Shown: positions 39,667 through 52,472, counted from the stretch's first letter. The stretch: 64,000 nt of DNA from Eledone cirrhosa (GCA_964016885.1 OZ024744.1:67890001-67954000); one strand, 5' to 3'. The notes: generated by a model not told the origin, from the letters alone. Numbers and translations are program-made.

Positions 39667-40952
39667 CTTCTAGTTTTATAATTTCTCAAATTTTTACCAA
39701 TAGTGAGAGTCGGTTTCTAACATAGACACAAGACTCTCTCATTCGAATTTAAACAATATTGTATGTGTGGATGTGTATGTTTTGAGTTGTATGTGTGCAT
39801 GTGTATATTCTTAGTATCTCTACATGTGTATATGCAGTTATTAGATGCAACATTTTTGGAATGTTTTACATATTTTTACTGTTCCATTAATGGATTGTAC
39901 TTGTAATTTCCTAACTAGTTGTGTTCTTTCTGTTCCTGTGAAGCCTAGCTTCTCAAGATTTGTATTGAGGCAGTTACTAACATACCTCAGTGCCCCAATA
40001 ATCACAGGCATAAATCTGAAGGTATAATCAGGGTGGAGTATCTGCAGATTTCTCATCAATTCTGCATAAATATTCTCCTTTTCACTAATCTTTGATATTA
40101 TATTGGCATCTGCTGTGCAGCTAACCTCCACTACTGTGCATGCTTTCTTTTGCCTGTCACATATCATAATATCTGGTCTGTTATGCCTGCATTTTATTGG
40201 GGTTTTTACTGGAACATTCCACCAGTACTCTTTCATATTATGTATATGGATGTCTTCCACATTGCTGTAGCTTTTAATGTGTTTATTATCGGGGCTATCT
40301 TTTCTACGGATTGCATTGTACAGTGTTTTGGCCACTACATCATGCCTCATAGGTAGATAGTACTGCGATGACATCTTTGGACAGCTGCTGATGACATGGG
40401 TGATATCCTTGATGTTAATTCTACAGAGTCTGCACTTGTTATCACATCTAGGTGTTTTGCCTGCATCTCTATCTCTTTTGTGAATCAGGTATTTTGTGTT
40501 AATTTCCTGTTCTTGGATTGCAAAAGCGTATCCTTCAAAGTGGGAGCCAATATAGCGGTTGTTGGTCCAAGATAGACTACTTTCCTTATCTATATTACTC
40601 TCACTCTGGAACTTCCTGGCAACATATCTATGCAGGATTTTTTGCTGTGATCTTGGAGGAATAGTTTCAGGCAGGCTGATACATCTTATACATCAGGTTC
40701 TGGCATGCAATGGGTCGGTTGTTTTTTGCTAAGTGGGTGTCTTTGTTCTTGGGGACCAGTAATGTTTGTTCTAATGTCAACCATTCTGGTATAAGTGTAT
40801 CTCCCTTAAGAACTTGTTGGTAGAGGTCAGTAAGATACCTCCGATAGAATATCAGTTTTTTGTACCAGTAGCCGACAATCATGTCTCTTCCTGGTATTTT
40901 CTTATCTTGGAGTTTTCCTATCACAGTCTCAAGGATACCCTCACTTATTTCG
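39667..40952 (-). mobile_element. R4/Dong-like RLE non-LTR retrotransposon, internally deleted
   Basis: RT N-terminal motifs (IPGRD..YWYK, PEWLT..LVPK, NRPIAC) are joined to CRLC..HVISSC, RHD and HNRPDI..VEV restriction-like endonuclease motifs. The 3' end runs into (CATA)n. Confidence 0.85.
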
Positions 40953-41629
40953 TATATATGTGTGTATGTATGTATGTGTGTGTGTGTATGTGTATTTTTA
41001 TGTATGTGTGTATGTATGTGTGTGTATGTATGTGTATGTATGTATGTATGTATGTATGTGCGTGTGTATGTATGTAAGTATGTGTGTTTGTGTGTGTGTG
41101 TATGCATGTATATATGTATATATGTATGTATGTATATATGTATGTATATATATATATATGTGTGTGTGTGTATATGTATGTGTGTATGTGTGTATGTATG
41201 TATATGTATGTGTGTATATATGTATGTATATATATATGTATATATATGTATGTATGTGTGTGTATGTATGTATCATCATCATCATCATTTCATTTAACGT
41301 CCACTTTTTCCCTGCTTGCAAGGATGGGACGGGAACTGATTCTGGCTTGATTTCTACAGCTGGATGCCCTTCCTAACACCAACCTCATTTACAGTGAGTG
41401 CTGGGTGCTTTTTTGCCGTGGCACCTCCACGACCACTTTGCAGTGGAATGATATGGACCCCAGTCCCTATCATCTCATTTCTACAGCTGAGTAAACTGGA
41501 GCAATGTGAAATAAAGTGTCTTGCTCAAGGAAACAACACATCACCCGGTCTATATATATACATACACACACATACATACATATATGCATATATATATATA
41601 CATACATATATACATATATATATACGTTG

Positions 41630-42085
41630 GATCACTCTTGAATGCTACTGGTAACATGTAACCCAGTACAACCTGTCGCATGATCGGGTCGTCGGCGACT
41701 AAACTGGCTCCCCACCAAGTTTACTTGGTAAGGAGGGTGATTTTGGACACCCTGCAGGACAAAAAACAAAACCTGACAAAGGGTGGAAGAACTCATAAGA
41801 GTCAATGGCCATACAAAAGTGTGTAAATATATATACACATGTACCGCGTGGTTAAACCACTGGGAGTGAAGGACCCCTAGCCTTTGTCAGGACATCCTTC
41901 TAGGAGAAGGCAACTCAGGAAACTGGGTTAACTCCGACATAAAACCTGCGGCTCAGTAGTTACCAATGATGTTGATCTTTTCTTCTTTTCGGGTTCTAGC
42001 TACTGTCGATCAGAGAGTGGGATTGGCTCAGTGCACAGTCTTTCCTCACTTTAAAAAATATCTTCTCGCACAGGCATTGCACGAT
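41630..42085 (+). mobile_element. Related RTE-type 5'UTR element
   Basis: Diverged homolog of 38052-38445. Confidence 0.65.
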
Positions 42086-42314
42086 AGAATTAATTAATAA
42101 TTATTAATAATGGTATATCATGCAATGATCATACTCGATAATGAGGGGGCAGCATCATGTATGTATGTATATATGCATGTATGTATATATGTATGTATGT
42201 ATATATGTATGTATGTATATATGAATGTGTATATATATATATATGTCTATATGTATGTATATATATATATGTATATATTTATGTATGTATATATCTATGT
42301 ATGTATATATGTAT

Positions 42315-43150
42315 GAATGTTCTTCTGGTTTTATTATTTTATAAATTTTCACCAATAGAGAGTCAGTTTCTAACATAGCAACAGAACTCTTTCATTGGAA
42401 TTTAGACACTAGCTAAATATATATGTATGTATGTGTGTATGTATGTATGTAGTATATATGTGTGTATGTGTGTGTGTATGTATGTATGTGTGTATGTATG
42501 TATGTATGTGTGTATGTATGTATGCATGTATGTATCTATGTATGTACTGATGGATGGATGGATGTGTATGTATGTATGTATGTGTGTATGCATGTAATTA
42601 TGTATATGTTTGTGTGTGTGCAATTATATGTATTCGTGCATGTGTGGATCTCTATGTTTTGAGTTATTTGTGTACACATGCATATGTTTCTGTATCAATA
42701 CATGTGTACATATATACAGTTATTTAATGCTGAATTTCTGAAATGTTTTACATATTTTTACATTTCCATTAACTTGTTGAGTGCTTGAGTATATTTTATA
42801 CAGTTACAGTTGCTGTGTCGTTTTTTTTTTTGTTTTTTGTTTTTTTTCAGTAAAATTCCTATTTTGATTGACAAATGTCACATCAATAAATTAGTAACCC
42901 CATCTAGCTTTGAAGTTATGAACTGTTGGAAAAGAGTTCAAACATGTTAGGACGAGTTATCTCGCCCGTGGCACTAGAATGCATACATATTAGGAAGAGT
43001 TATCTTGTCTATGGCACTGAAGAGGTTAATGGAGTGTAGTTTCAGTTCTTTGAAGCCCAGCTTCTCAAAATTTGACTGAGGCAGTTAGTAACATATCCCA
43101 GAGTCCCAATTAGCACAGGGACAAATCTAAAAGTATAGTCAGGATGGTGT
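42315..43150 (-). mobile_element. R4/Dong-like 3' fragment (interrupted)
   Basis: HPDYTFRFVPVLIGTLGYVTNCL and the same 3'UTR; (CATA)n at both ends. Confidence 0.75.
42773..43025. mobile_element. piggyBac-like MITE inserted in an R4-like copy
   Basis: TTAA is duplicated relative to the uninterrupted copy (ttccaTTAAtgga at about 39882). Imperfect TIRs: cttgttgagtgc / gcactgaagagg. Confidence 0.75.
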
Positions 43151-43559
43151 ATGTATGTATGTACTGAAGCATGGCTACTGACTTCCCAGACAGACTGGTT
43201 GGCTGGCTTACATATGGTCACATGTTCTATAGAGTTCTTTGAGACAACTGAAGAATACTTTTTTATGGCTGGATGCTTTCTACGGTTGGATACCCTTCCA
43301 CTATCATCAACCACTATCCAGCATGTACTAGGTGCATTCATCATGTAGATAACCAACACTAGAAGGAGGTTCTCAGGATTTGTTACCTGCAGAGGGTTCC
43401 CTCAGCTTCCATGTCTTCCTTCTCCAGACTGGCTTTTGTCTCTTGGTCCACCTAGCCTTTAATCTAAGGTCACTGACACCTGATCTATGTTTGGAGGTAC
43501 ATTCTTCTATATAGAGAGATTGGGAGATACCATAGTAGGACCATATTCAGCTAACTACT

Positions 43560-45480
43560 CAATACTTGGAAAAGTAGAGTGTATCTAGTGAGAACGCAGT
43601 AGCTGCCCTGAGATCCTTGTCAAGGAGCAGCAGTGGCAGAGTGGACAACCTGTGCCCCAGCCACTTCAGAGACCTCATGTTGCTGAGGCAGGAGCACTAG
43701 TGCCCCAGTCAATGACAGCTCTCACCAACTGCCTTTTCTGCACCAACTTGCCCTGCCATGCCTGCAATCTTTTCTTCCACGCCAGTCTGACTGCCCTGAG
43801 GAAGAATGGTGGAGGCATCCAATTCATATCAGTGGACAATGTATTCCGAAGACTTGCAGCCAAGATAGCTTGCAAGTCAGTCAAAGATGATTTGAGCAAG
43901 GCAGTAAGCCCTTTCCAGCTCGGAGTGAGAATCAAGTGCAGTTGTGGGGCTGCAGCTCATGTGGCTAGACACTATATAGAGCACACGCCTCCTTTATCAT
44001 CCCACCCTCCTTGTGAAGCTGGACATAAGAAATGCCTTCAACAGCATTTGGTGGGATCACATCTTAGAGACATATCACAGACGAGCCCGCTAAATTTACT
44101 CTCATGATCGCGTCTTGTGTGGAAGACCCAGCATACTTATCACCACTGACAAGGTTACTTCCTCCGCTGTGGGTGTCCAGCAAGGAGACCCACTTGGCCC
44201 GCTCATCTTTACACTGACAGTTGATGATGCTGCTCCCTCTGTCCAGTTGCCCTTCAATGTTTGATACCTAGCTGACGAGGCTCTGAGTGGCTCAGATGAG
44301 ATGGTAGTTGAGGACTTTCGGCTGATCATACCAGCTCTAAAACTCCTTGGACTCAAGATCAACCCATTCAAGTCCAAGGTGACAAAAGTTAGCTACAGAA
44401 AGGCTGAATTTCATAATGCTATACTCAGCAACTCATTTGCAATGTTAGTTTCGACAGTGCCAGCTGACAACAGGCAAAGCTCCCAGTGAGGTTTGGTGGC
44501 CTTGGCCTCCAATCTGCTTTGAATCTGGTGCTGCTGGCCTACCTCACTTTAATCTCCTCCAATCTCACTCTCATCAACAAGGTCCTCGGCAAGATAGCCA
44601 AACCTGATGTGGCCCCAGAACTCGAGCCGACACTGGCTGACTAGTCAGACAAAGGCCTCTCTGTCCCCCAGTATACAGATGCCCAATGTAAAAGGGACGA
44701 CGTCAACAAGCAGTTCTTCCTACAGGAGGATCGAGACTAGCTTGGACTAGCACTGCCTCATCTACCTCCAATCCACTTCACAGCCAAACAGCAGAGCATG
44801 CCTCAATTCGGTGCCCTCTTCATCAACAAATACCCTTCTTTATGATGAGTGCACTCGCATCGGAGTGGCTCAACACTTCGGCCTCAGTGTATGTGAACCA
44901 CACAAATGCCATTGTGAGGCTGTCATTGACAAGTTTAGTCTGCACCCATTGTCATGCCACCAGTGTGTTGGCCAGTTCCCCCACCCCCCACCTCCCGACA
45001 TGCTGCTCTGAGAAGGAGCCTGCCTGGATACAGCTGGCTTCTCGTCACAACTGGAAACAGCAGGTCTCAACCCCATCTGACAGCAAGTGCCCCGACGGAA
45101 TAACCCTCTTTCCATTCAAAGGAGGTAAATCCCTCATCTGGGATGCCACATGTTGTGACACATTCTCTGCCTCCAATTTAGTCACTTCAGCCACAAACCC
45201 CCGTGTTGCGGCCCTCAGAGGAAAGGAAGAGAAGCAAACACTGGGGCTTGTCTGGGTACTTCCTCTTCACACTGCTCACCGCCGAGACCTCAGGCATCGT
45301 GGGACCCTGTACTTCCAAGCTCCTGCACAAAATTGAAATGAGCCCCATGAAATGGGATAGCTGTAGCAGCAGGTGTCGCTGGCCTTTGTCCATGGGGCAC
45401 AGTTGAAACACCGTCCTGCTTCTACCATTTAAAAAAATCATATTTATTCCCTCACACAAGTATTGTTTATTCTACCTTTA
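43560..45480 (+). mobile_element. Decayed CRE-clade RLE non-LTR retrotransposon
   Basis: KNGGGIQFISVDNVFRRLAAK, PFQLGV, KLDIRNAFNS, GVQQGDPLGPL, YLAD, CxC..H..SC, PDGITLFPFKGGKSLIWDATCCDT; contains stops and frameshifts. Confidence 0.8.
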
Positions 45481-47564
45481 CTATATATATATGTGTGTGT
45501 ATAGGTATGTGTGCATTTGTGTGTGTATGTGTGAATATGTGTATATATGTGTGTGTGTGCTGTATACATGCATGTTGTACACAAAGTCCATGATCTTTGT
45601 AGCCCCCTCCTACATAACACTGAGTTGTTGCTGAACCAAGTCAGTTTTTTATCCAACAAGCTCATGACAAAAAGCATTCCAGTCGTGACCATCCCATTTT
45701 TTTATCCTTCAATAAAATTATCCTGTATGTTCTTCTCCTTTTAGAACAGTAGGGTGCGATTTGAGGTTAATTTTCTTACCTATTTCTAGCGGTTAAAATG
45801 ACTGTATAGAGGCTTCTTTGCATAACCAGGTGAAGGGTGCATTGATTATGGTGAGGCTGAGCAGGCTCATCGCCAGGGGGAAAGACGGGTGGTGTGGGTG
45901 GCTGGATAACACTTCCCCACCACCATCACCACCACCACAACCACCACTGACACCTCCCTTCATATTTTTCAATGCTACACCTTCAGATTTAGAAAAATAC
46001 ATAGTGATATGTTTACTAGGATACTCCAGCTTAGTATTATTGTCAGTTAGAGTCTCCTTCTAGAATGTTCTGAAGAAAGAGAAGGCTTAACATTTGTACA
46101 TGGAAATTTATAGGAAAACAAAAACGTGGGCAGTGTGAACATTGAAGTGGGATGAATTTAGGAAAGGAATAAAGGACTGAGAATAGCGTTTCGAACTGGA
46201 TCTGAGTATTGAAACCATCATTATCATTTTCTGGTGGATTGGCAGTATCGGTAGAGGGTCGGATGCCATGCTCTGCAACATAGAGTTACGTCCCTTTACA
46301 ATCTGAGTTTAAATCCCGCCGAGGTTAACTTTGCCTTTCACTCTTACGGGGTCGATAAAATAAAATACCAGTAATTACTGGGGTAATTGCTGGCCTTGTG
46401 CCAAAAGTAGAGACAATTATCATTTTCTTTACATCCTTTTCTCTATTCTAGCTAGGGCTGAACTGGACTAGACATATTGTTGCAGTGTTTTACAGCCAGA
46501 TCAGCTGACATCAACCTTTTTATTCACCTCTTACAATATGCTGGGATATAGTGTACATTATCATCATCATAATTTAATGTCTGTTTTCTATACTTATATG
46601 GATTAGATGGGTTGTCAAATTATGAAACTTGACAAGTCAGGTAACTAAGTCTTTCACATGAAGATGGGAGGGGGGGGGCTTGGTTTTCTGCAACTCAATG
46701 CCCTTTCTAGGGCCAACAACATTTCAAAGTGGAATGGATGTTTTGTCATGGCACCAGTACTACCATCTTACAGGATGGTCTAAGAGCTTTACATTTTTGT
46801 GACACCAGCACTATTAACTTCCAGGGTTGTCTGGGTGATTTGGTCATGGCACCAGCCTAACCATAGTACAGGGTGAAATGGGTGATTTGTTGTCATTGCA
46901 CAAGTACTACCACCTTACAGTGTTGACTTAGTGTTTTCTTTTTTTATGGCATCAGCATAACCAATTTATAGGAGACTGGGCGCTTTTTCCATGGCACCAG
47001 TTCTACCACCTTACTGAATGGTCGGGGTGCTTTTTTTCATGGCACCAGCATAACCACCTTACAAGATCGACTGTGTTTTTGTTTGTGGCTCCAGCACTGC
47101 CACATTACCATGTATCTATTCTTAAGAAAAAATTAGAGCAAAAGAGAAAATACTTGGTACAAGTAAAACAATGAATGGCTTTTATTGAGGAGTGGAAGGT
47201 AAACAATGAAATATTAAGGAAGAGCAGAAACCATTGTAGTAGAAGTAGAAAAAACAAAGAGATGAGGGACAGCATGTCTGTGATCCAGTGGCCTGTTGGT
47301 GAGTGAGTGCGTGATGGACAATTAGTTAATCTATCTTTTATAGATCTGCTCATATTACCAGGTAATAATATCTCTTCCACTGAAAATGTAACAATTAGCT
47401 GAGGCTAAATTTACCTGATTATGCTGATATTAACTGATGTACCCAGCTTTGCCTGGGTTAACAGATGATAAGAGAAGACAGGTAGAAGAGAAAATGACTG
47501 TATTGGATGTTTGTCTGGTTTACAGTATGAGGCAAGACCGTGGTGTGTGTGTTACAAACAAAAA

Positions 47565-47850
47565 AAAAATCTTCCAGATACACCAGATTCTTTGTTTACC
47601 ATTCATGCATAGTATATGAAGATTTCTAGGTGTTTCCACTTGTGAACAACCTACATATAACTGTCCATGGGTAAAAATCGATTGTTTTGTATTCAATTCT
47701 ACAATTTGAAACTCTGAGCCTGAGCTTTATGTATGGTCATAGCAAAACTGAGAATTTGAATGGCAGCTCGGTAGAGGAAGGGATAAGAGGAAATTTGGGG
47801 GAATAAATGCATTTTCTCCTTGACGATTTCCTCCAAGAATAGTGACCTTT
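47565..47850 (-). pseudogene. Helitron PIF1-like helicase C-terminal relic, copy 1
   Basis: Homologous to 49425-50092; encodes THGQLYVGCSQV and ELPFKF-like motifs. Confidence 0.7.
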
Positions 47851-47974
47851 AGGAGATGCTTCATCTTCCACCTGACTGTTAAGCATGTGTCATTGTATAG
47901 ATATGGTCGGTCTACGTTTCTTAAAAGGATGATGAAAGTTCCAATCTTTTATATCATATACAGATATATATATA

Positions 47975-48519
47975 TTTAACGAAGGGTATTGGTAGAAATT
48001 GTTAGATGGATTAACACGGTTATTAGATGAAATAACAAGAATGGCCGATTTAGTTTATATATAAAGGTTTACTTCACTTCAGTCAAAAAGAACAATAAAC
48101 ATATTACCATTAGTTGCGAAGGTTGACAATGTTATTTTGCTGTTGGTTCATGAGGCTGTTGTAGTCTGTGACAAGGAGAGAGAGATAATGGTCTGTAATT
48201 GACTGTAGACCACTGGGGCCTGTAGATAGCGGTGAATCTTTCACATAGCTTATAATAGCGTACTGCTCCGATCTCTCTGTATTTCTGTAGACCTCTGGGG
48301 CCTGAAGGTAGCAGTGAATCTTTCACATGGCTGGTCTGTATCGTGGTGCTCCGATCTCTGTGTCTAAGGTGGGAAAATATAGGCTTTATATACCTGTGGC
48401 TTTCTGTCTCCCACCTTGAGAGGATAGCCCACGCATGAACCTGTTCACACCAAAAGGGTGGTGACCTAGAGTTTGATCTTTAGGTGTCACCCAAGGTTCA
48501 AGGCGTGGACAGATCTTGC

Positions 48520-48523
<4 letters not shown>
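47975..48523. mobile_element. Probable solo LTR in (TA)n
   Basis: Ends TTTAACGAAG ... CTTGCTACA (TG..CA-like short inverted termini); has an internal duplicated block and (TA)n on both sides. Confidence 0.45.
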
Positions 48524-48582
<59 letters not shown>

Positions 48583-48675
48583 TATATATATAAGTGTGTG
48601 TTTGATGGTAGCTAAGATGCTTCCATAGGTGGTATGCCGGTTGAACACTCTATGCCCTTACAGAATAGAGTATGA

Positions 48676-48910
48676 TAGAATAGGAAACAAAAAATCAGTG
48701 ATGCCTCTGAACTCAATTTATTGTGTGTTACAATTGTTTCCCAGTGAGAGAATATGCTCCGAAATCATTAGACATGTCCATCGAACCTGCCGGTCCAGAA
48801 TCAGACAGATCCACACAATGATCACGTCTCGAGCTGTCCGCCGGCGAAACAATTGTAACACACAATAAATTGAGTTCAGATACATCACTGATTTTTCGTT
48901 TTCTATACTA
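48676..48910. mobile_element. Long-TIR foldback MITE
   Basis: Inverted arms of about 65 bp (aaaaatcagtgatg..tctgaactcaatttattgtgtgttacaattgtttc) around a spacer of about 105 bp. Confidence 0.75.
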
Positions 48911-48924
48911 TATATATAGAGAGA

Positions 48925-49370
48925 GAGAAGACCTGGGATGAAGTGATAAAAGCCGACCTTACCCAATTGCACCTCTCAAGGATGATGACACACAACCGTG
49001 ACCTCTGGCGTTACGCAGTAATACAGAAGACCCAACTTCCCAGGGGTACAAGCCAAAACTGAAGCATATAGACAATATGCCCCCACCCCCTCCCACTGCA
49101 AAGTGGTTATGGAGGTGCCACGGCAAAAAAGCACCCAGCCCACACTGTAAAGTAGATGTGTAAGCGCCACGGCAAAAAAGTACCCACCACTCACGATAAA
49201 TGAGGTTGGTGTTAGGAAGGGCATCCAGCTGTAAAAATCAAGCCAGAATCAGTTCCCGTATGAGCAAGACAAGGCCAGCCGACTGGACACTGCCCACAAT
49301 AGGACAACCCGCCTAACCCATGCTGGCATGGAAGAAAAGACGTAAAACGGTGATGATGGTGATGATGATG
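48925..49370 (+). mobile_element. RTE 3' fragment
   Basis: KTWDEVIKADLT remnant, 3'UTR and (GAT)n. Confidence 0.85.
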
Positions 49371-49424
49371 TATATATGCATATAAATGTGTGCATGTGTG
49401 TATGTGGCAAAAGGAAAAATACAG

Positions 49425-50092
49425 TCAAAAGTCTTCCAGATACATCAGATACTTCGTTTTACCATTTGTGCATAGTATATGAAGATTTTTAGGTGTTTCC
49501 ACTCATTAACAACCTACATATAACTGTCTATGGGTAAAAAATGATTCTTTTGTATTCAATTCTACAACTTTAAAACTCTGAGCCTGAGCTTTATGTATTG
49601 TCATAGCAAAACTGGCTCTAACAGGGAACTGAAGTCTTGAGAATTTGAATGGCAGCTCAGTAGAGAAAGGAGTGAGAGAGAATCTTGGGAACACAGTATG
49701 GCCCCGGCATTCTTGGTCCTGGTTACTCGCGGAATTTTCCTTAGAACCTACCTAATAATTGTTCGTGAAAACCACCGCATATTCACGGAATCGTAAATAT
49801 CTTCTGTTTTTTTTAATGACTTTTTTTGTGGCAATATATATTTTTTAATGCTAAATTATTAACAACAATATACCGTATTTGCTAGCCTATTGGACGCCCC
49901 TCGTATAAGATCTTTTTTTATTATATTTTACATTATATTTTGTTGTTTATAGGCATTTTTGTGAACCACGTCCAATATTCGCATTTTTTCACTGATCATT
50001 GGTGCTCTAGGAACATAACCTCTGCGAATATCGGAGGACAATTGTAAATGCATTTTCTCATTGATGATTGCCTCCAAGAATAGTGACCTTTT
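49425..50092 (-). pseudogene. Helitron PIF1-like helicase C-terminal relic, copy 2
   Basis: ORF 49506-49694 reads ELPFKFSRLQFPVRASFAMTIHKAQAQS...FTHRQLYVGC, which matches the C-terminal helicase motifs of Helitron RepHel. Confidence 0.8.
49694..50044. mobile_element. Tigger/pogo-like MITE splitting a Helitron helicase relic
   Basis: Interrupts gggaaTAaatgc relative to the 47800 copy; decayed TIRs CAGT..GCGG / GCGAATA..ATTG. Confidence 0.55.
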
Positions 50093-50281
50093 ATAGATCT
50101 GCTTATATGATCAGGTAATAATATCTCTTCCACTGAAAATGTAACAATTAGCAGTGGCTAAATTTACCTGTTTATACTGATATTAACTTTCCTAATCAAT
50201 ATCCCAGCTTAGTTTCAAATATAACTTTAGTATATCATATTTCAGGAAAAGTTCTGAAAATAATCAAATTCACTTGTGTCA

Positions 50282-50567
50282 ATGGTGGTGGTGGTGGTGG
50301 TGGTGGTGGTAGTGGTAGTGGTGGTGGTGGTGGTGGTGATTGTGGTTACAGTGGTGATGCCGGTGTTGGTGTTGGTGCATATTGATAATGGTGATGATAA
50401 TGATGATGATGATGATGATAATGATGATGATGATGATGATGATGATAATGATAATTGTGGCGGTGGTGGTGGTGAGGGTGGTGATGGTGTTTGTGGTGGT
50501 GGTGGTGGTGGTATTGGTGTTGGTGATGATGATGATTTTGATGTTTGCGGTGGTAATGGTAGTACTG

Positions 50568-50599
<32 letters not shown>

Positions 50600-50790
50600 G
50601 GTCATAATCATGAGAAGAATGTTGATGAAGACAATAATAATGATGATAATGAGGATGCTGGGCATGATGGTGATGGTGGTGGTCTTGGTTGGTAGTGGTG
50701 ACGATGAAAATTGCGATAGTAGTGGTGGTGGTGGTGGTGGTGGCGGTGGTGATGATGATGAAAATGTTGATGATGACCACAATGATGATG
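50282..50790. repeat. (GGT)n/(GAT)n tract
   Basis: Direct reading. Confidence 0.9.
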
Positions 50791-51061
50791 CCACTTGTGG
50801 TCATTATGTTAAATTTGCTATGATTAGAAAAATGAATGTGATGATATCAGATAACTAGTAACTAAAGTTGTGTACATTAATCAACTAATATGGCCGAAGA
50901 AATCTCTTTTACATGTAGCTCATACACAGAGACATATACACAGAAACACACACACACGCATACATGCACACATGCATCATGACTGCCTCCTCGTTATCGA
51001 TTATGGCCATTGGATGATAAAAAAAAAATACATATATATGTATACACACACATACATATTC

Positions 51062-51098
<37 letters not shown>

Positions 51099-52149
51099 CA
51101 TCATCATCATCATCATCATTTTACGTCTGCTTTTCCTTGCTTGGAAGGGTGAGATGGGTCCTTTTCAGCACAGCATCTCTCCATTCGTTACGGTCCTTTG
51201 TCATCTCCTCTGTGAGCTTCAGCAATCTGAAGTCAGCTCTCACCACCTACACCCATGATTTTCGTGGTCTATATTAATAAATAACGGTGCTGCGATCGAA
51301 TGTGGCTTTTTAGCCAAACCAATGATCTAAAATGTCTAACACAGAGTTGGCAACCATGATAAAAACATTCATTGGCAATATGTTAAAAACTGACTCTCTC
51401 TCTATTGGTAAATATTTATAAAATTATAAAACCAGAACATACATACTGTACATACATTTTTTTCTCTTATTGCTTTATCTTCTTAGATGATAGCCATCTG
51501 AAGAGCATCTCAATTGTTTTTGCAAGTCTGCACCCCAATTTGTGTGTGAAGGTGATTTTTCTCTACTGTTATTAAAAACAAGTCCAAGACCCACCCACCC
51601 AGGTACTTATAACACTCCAATATAGGAGACATCAGCACAGATGACTGGGGAACTGTGATTGCTTCTGCCTATACTACATTTCCTGAAGTGATGAGACTAC
51701 GGAAATGGTGGTATTTCATTGGCACAAATTGTTGTAGCTGCAGCTACTGTATGGTGCCAATAATTCAGAGTCAAGGTCTGCATTGGCTGGAAAGATAGCT
51801 TGATAGATTGTAAAAGCGACATCTGTAAATCATGGATTATTGTGACAAACACTTGTAAAACACAAGTGCCACTCTCTAAGTCTCAGTAATTATTATCTTG
51901 GCAGAATCAGTAGAGTGTTGGACAACATGCTTAGTGACATAGAGTCACGGCCCTTTACGTTCTGAGTTCAACTCACGCTGAGGTTAACTTTGCCTTTCAT
52001 CATTTATCAGTAATGCACTGGGGTCGATTTAATCGACTTTCCCTTTCCCAAAAGATTGTTGACCTTGTGCCTGAATCAGAAACTATTATCTGATGACATG
52101 TCTAAGCAAGATATCTAGTAATCATGTAAACCACAGGTTTCATTTCAGT

Positions 52150-52472
52150 GTTTCCTTCTCCAAGACTATAGGCATGTGGTTAGATGCTATAGGCATGTGG
52201 GTAAATTCTATAGGCATGCCGATATTATAGGCATGTTGTTAGAATGTCTCAGGAAAGAATCTCTGGACAGATTTTACGGGTTAAACTAACCAGTAAGAGA
52301 CCCAGGAGTAGACCCCGAGCAAGATGGTTGGATAACATCCATGAGCTTGGCTGGTCTCACTTAAGGATCCAGCTGGATCCAGTTAGAGATGGTTGCTTCT
52401 GACAGGAGCCACTGAAAGTGAGAGCTTTACACCCACGACCCCTCTCAGTATTAAGTGGATGAAGAAGAAGAT
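52150..52472 (+). mobile_element. 3' end of a second RTE-type (Expander-like) family
   Basis: Translates as HVVRMSQERISGQILRVKLTSKRPRSRPRARWLDNI; (GAA)n tail. Confidence 0.6.

Noticed and set aside
51488-51552. Possible further DCLK exon (DDSHLKSISIVFASLHPNLCVK)
   Set aside because: Good acceptor but weak donor and no recognisable homology; unsupported without RNA data.
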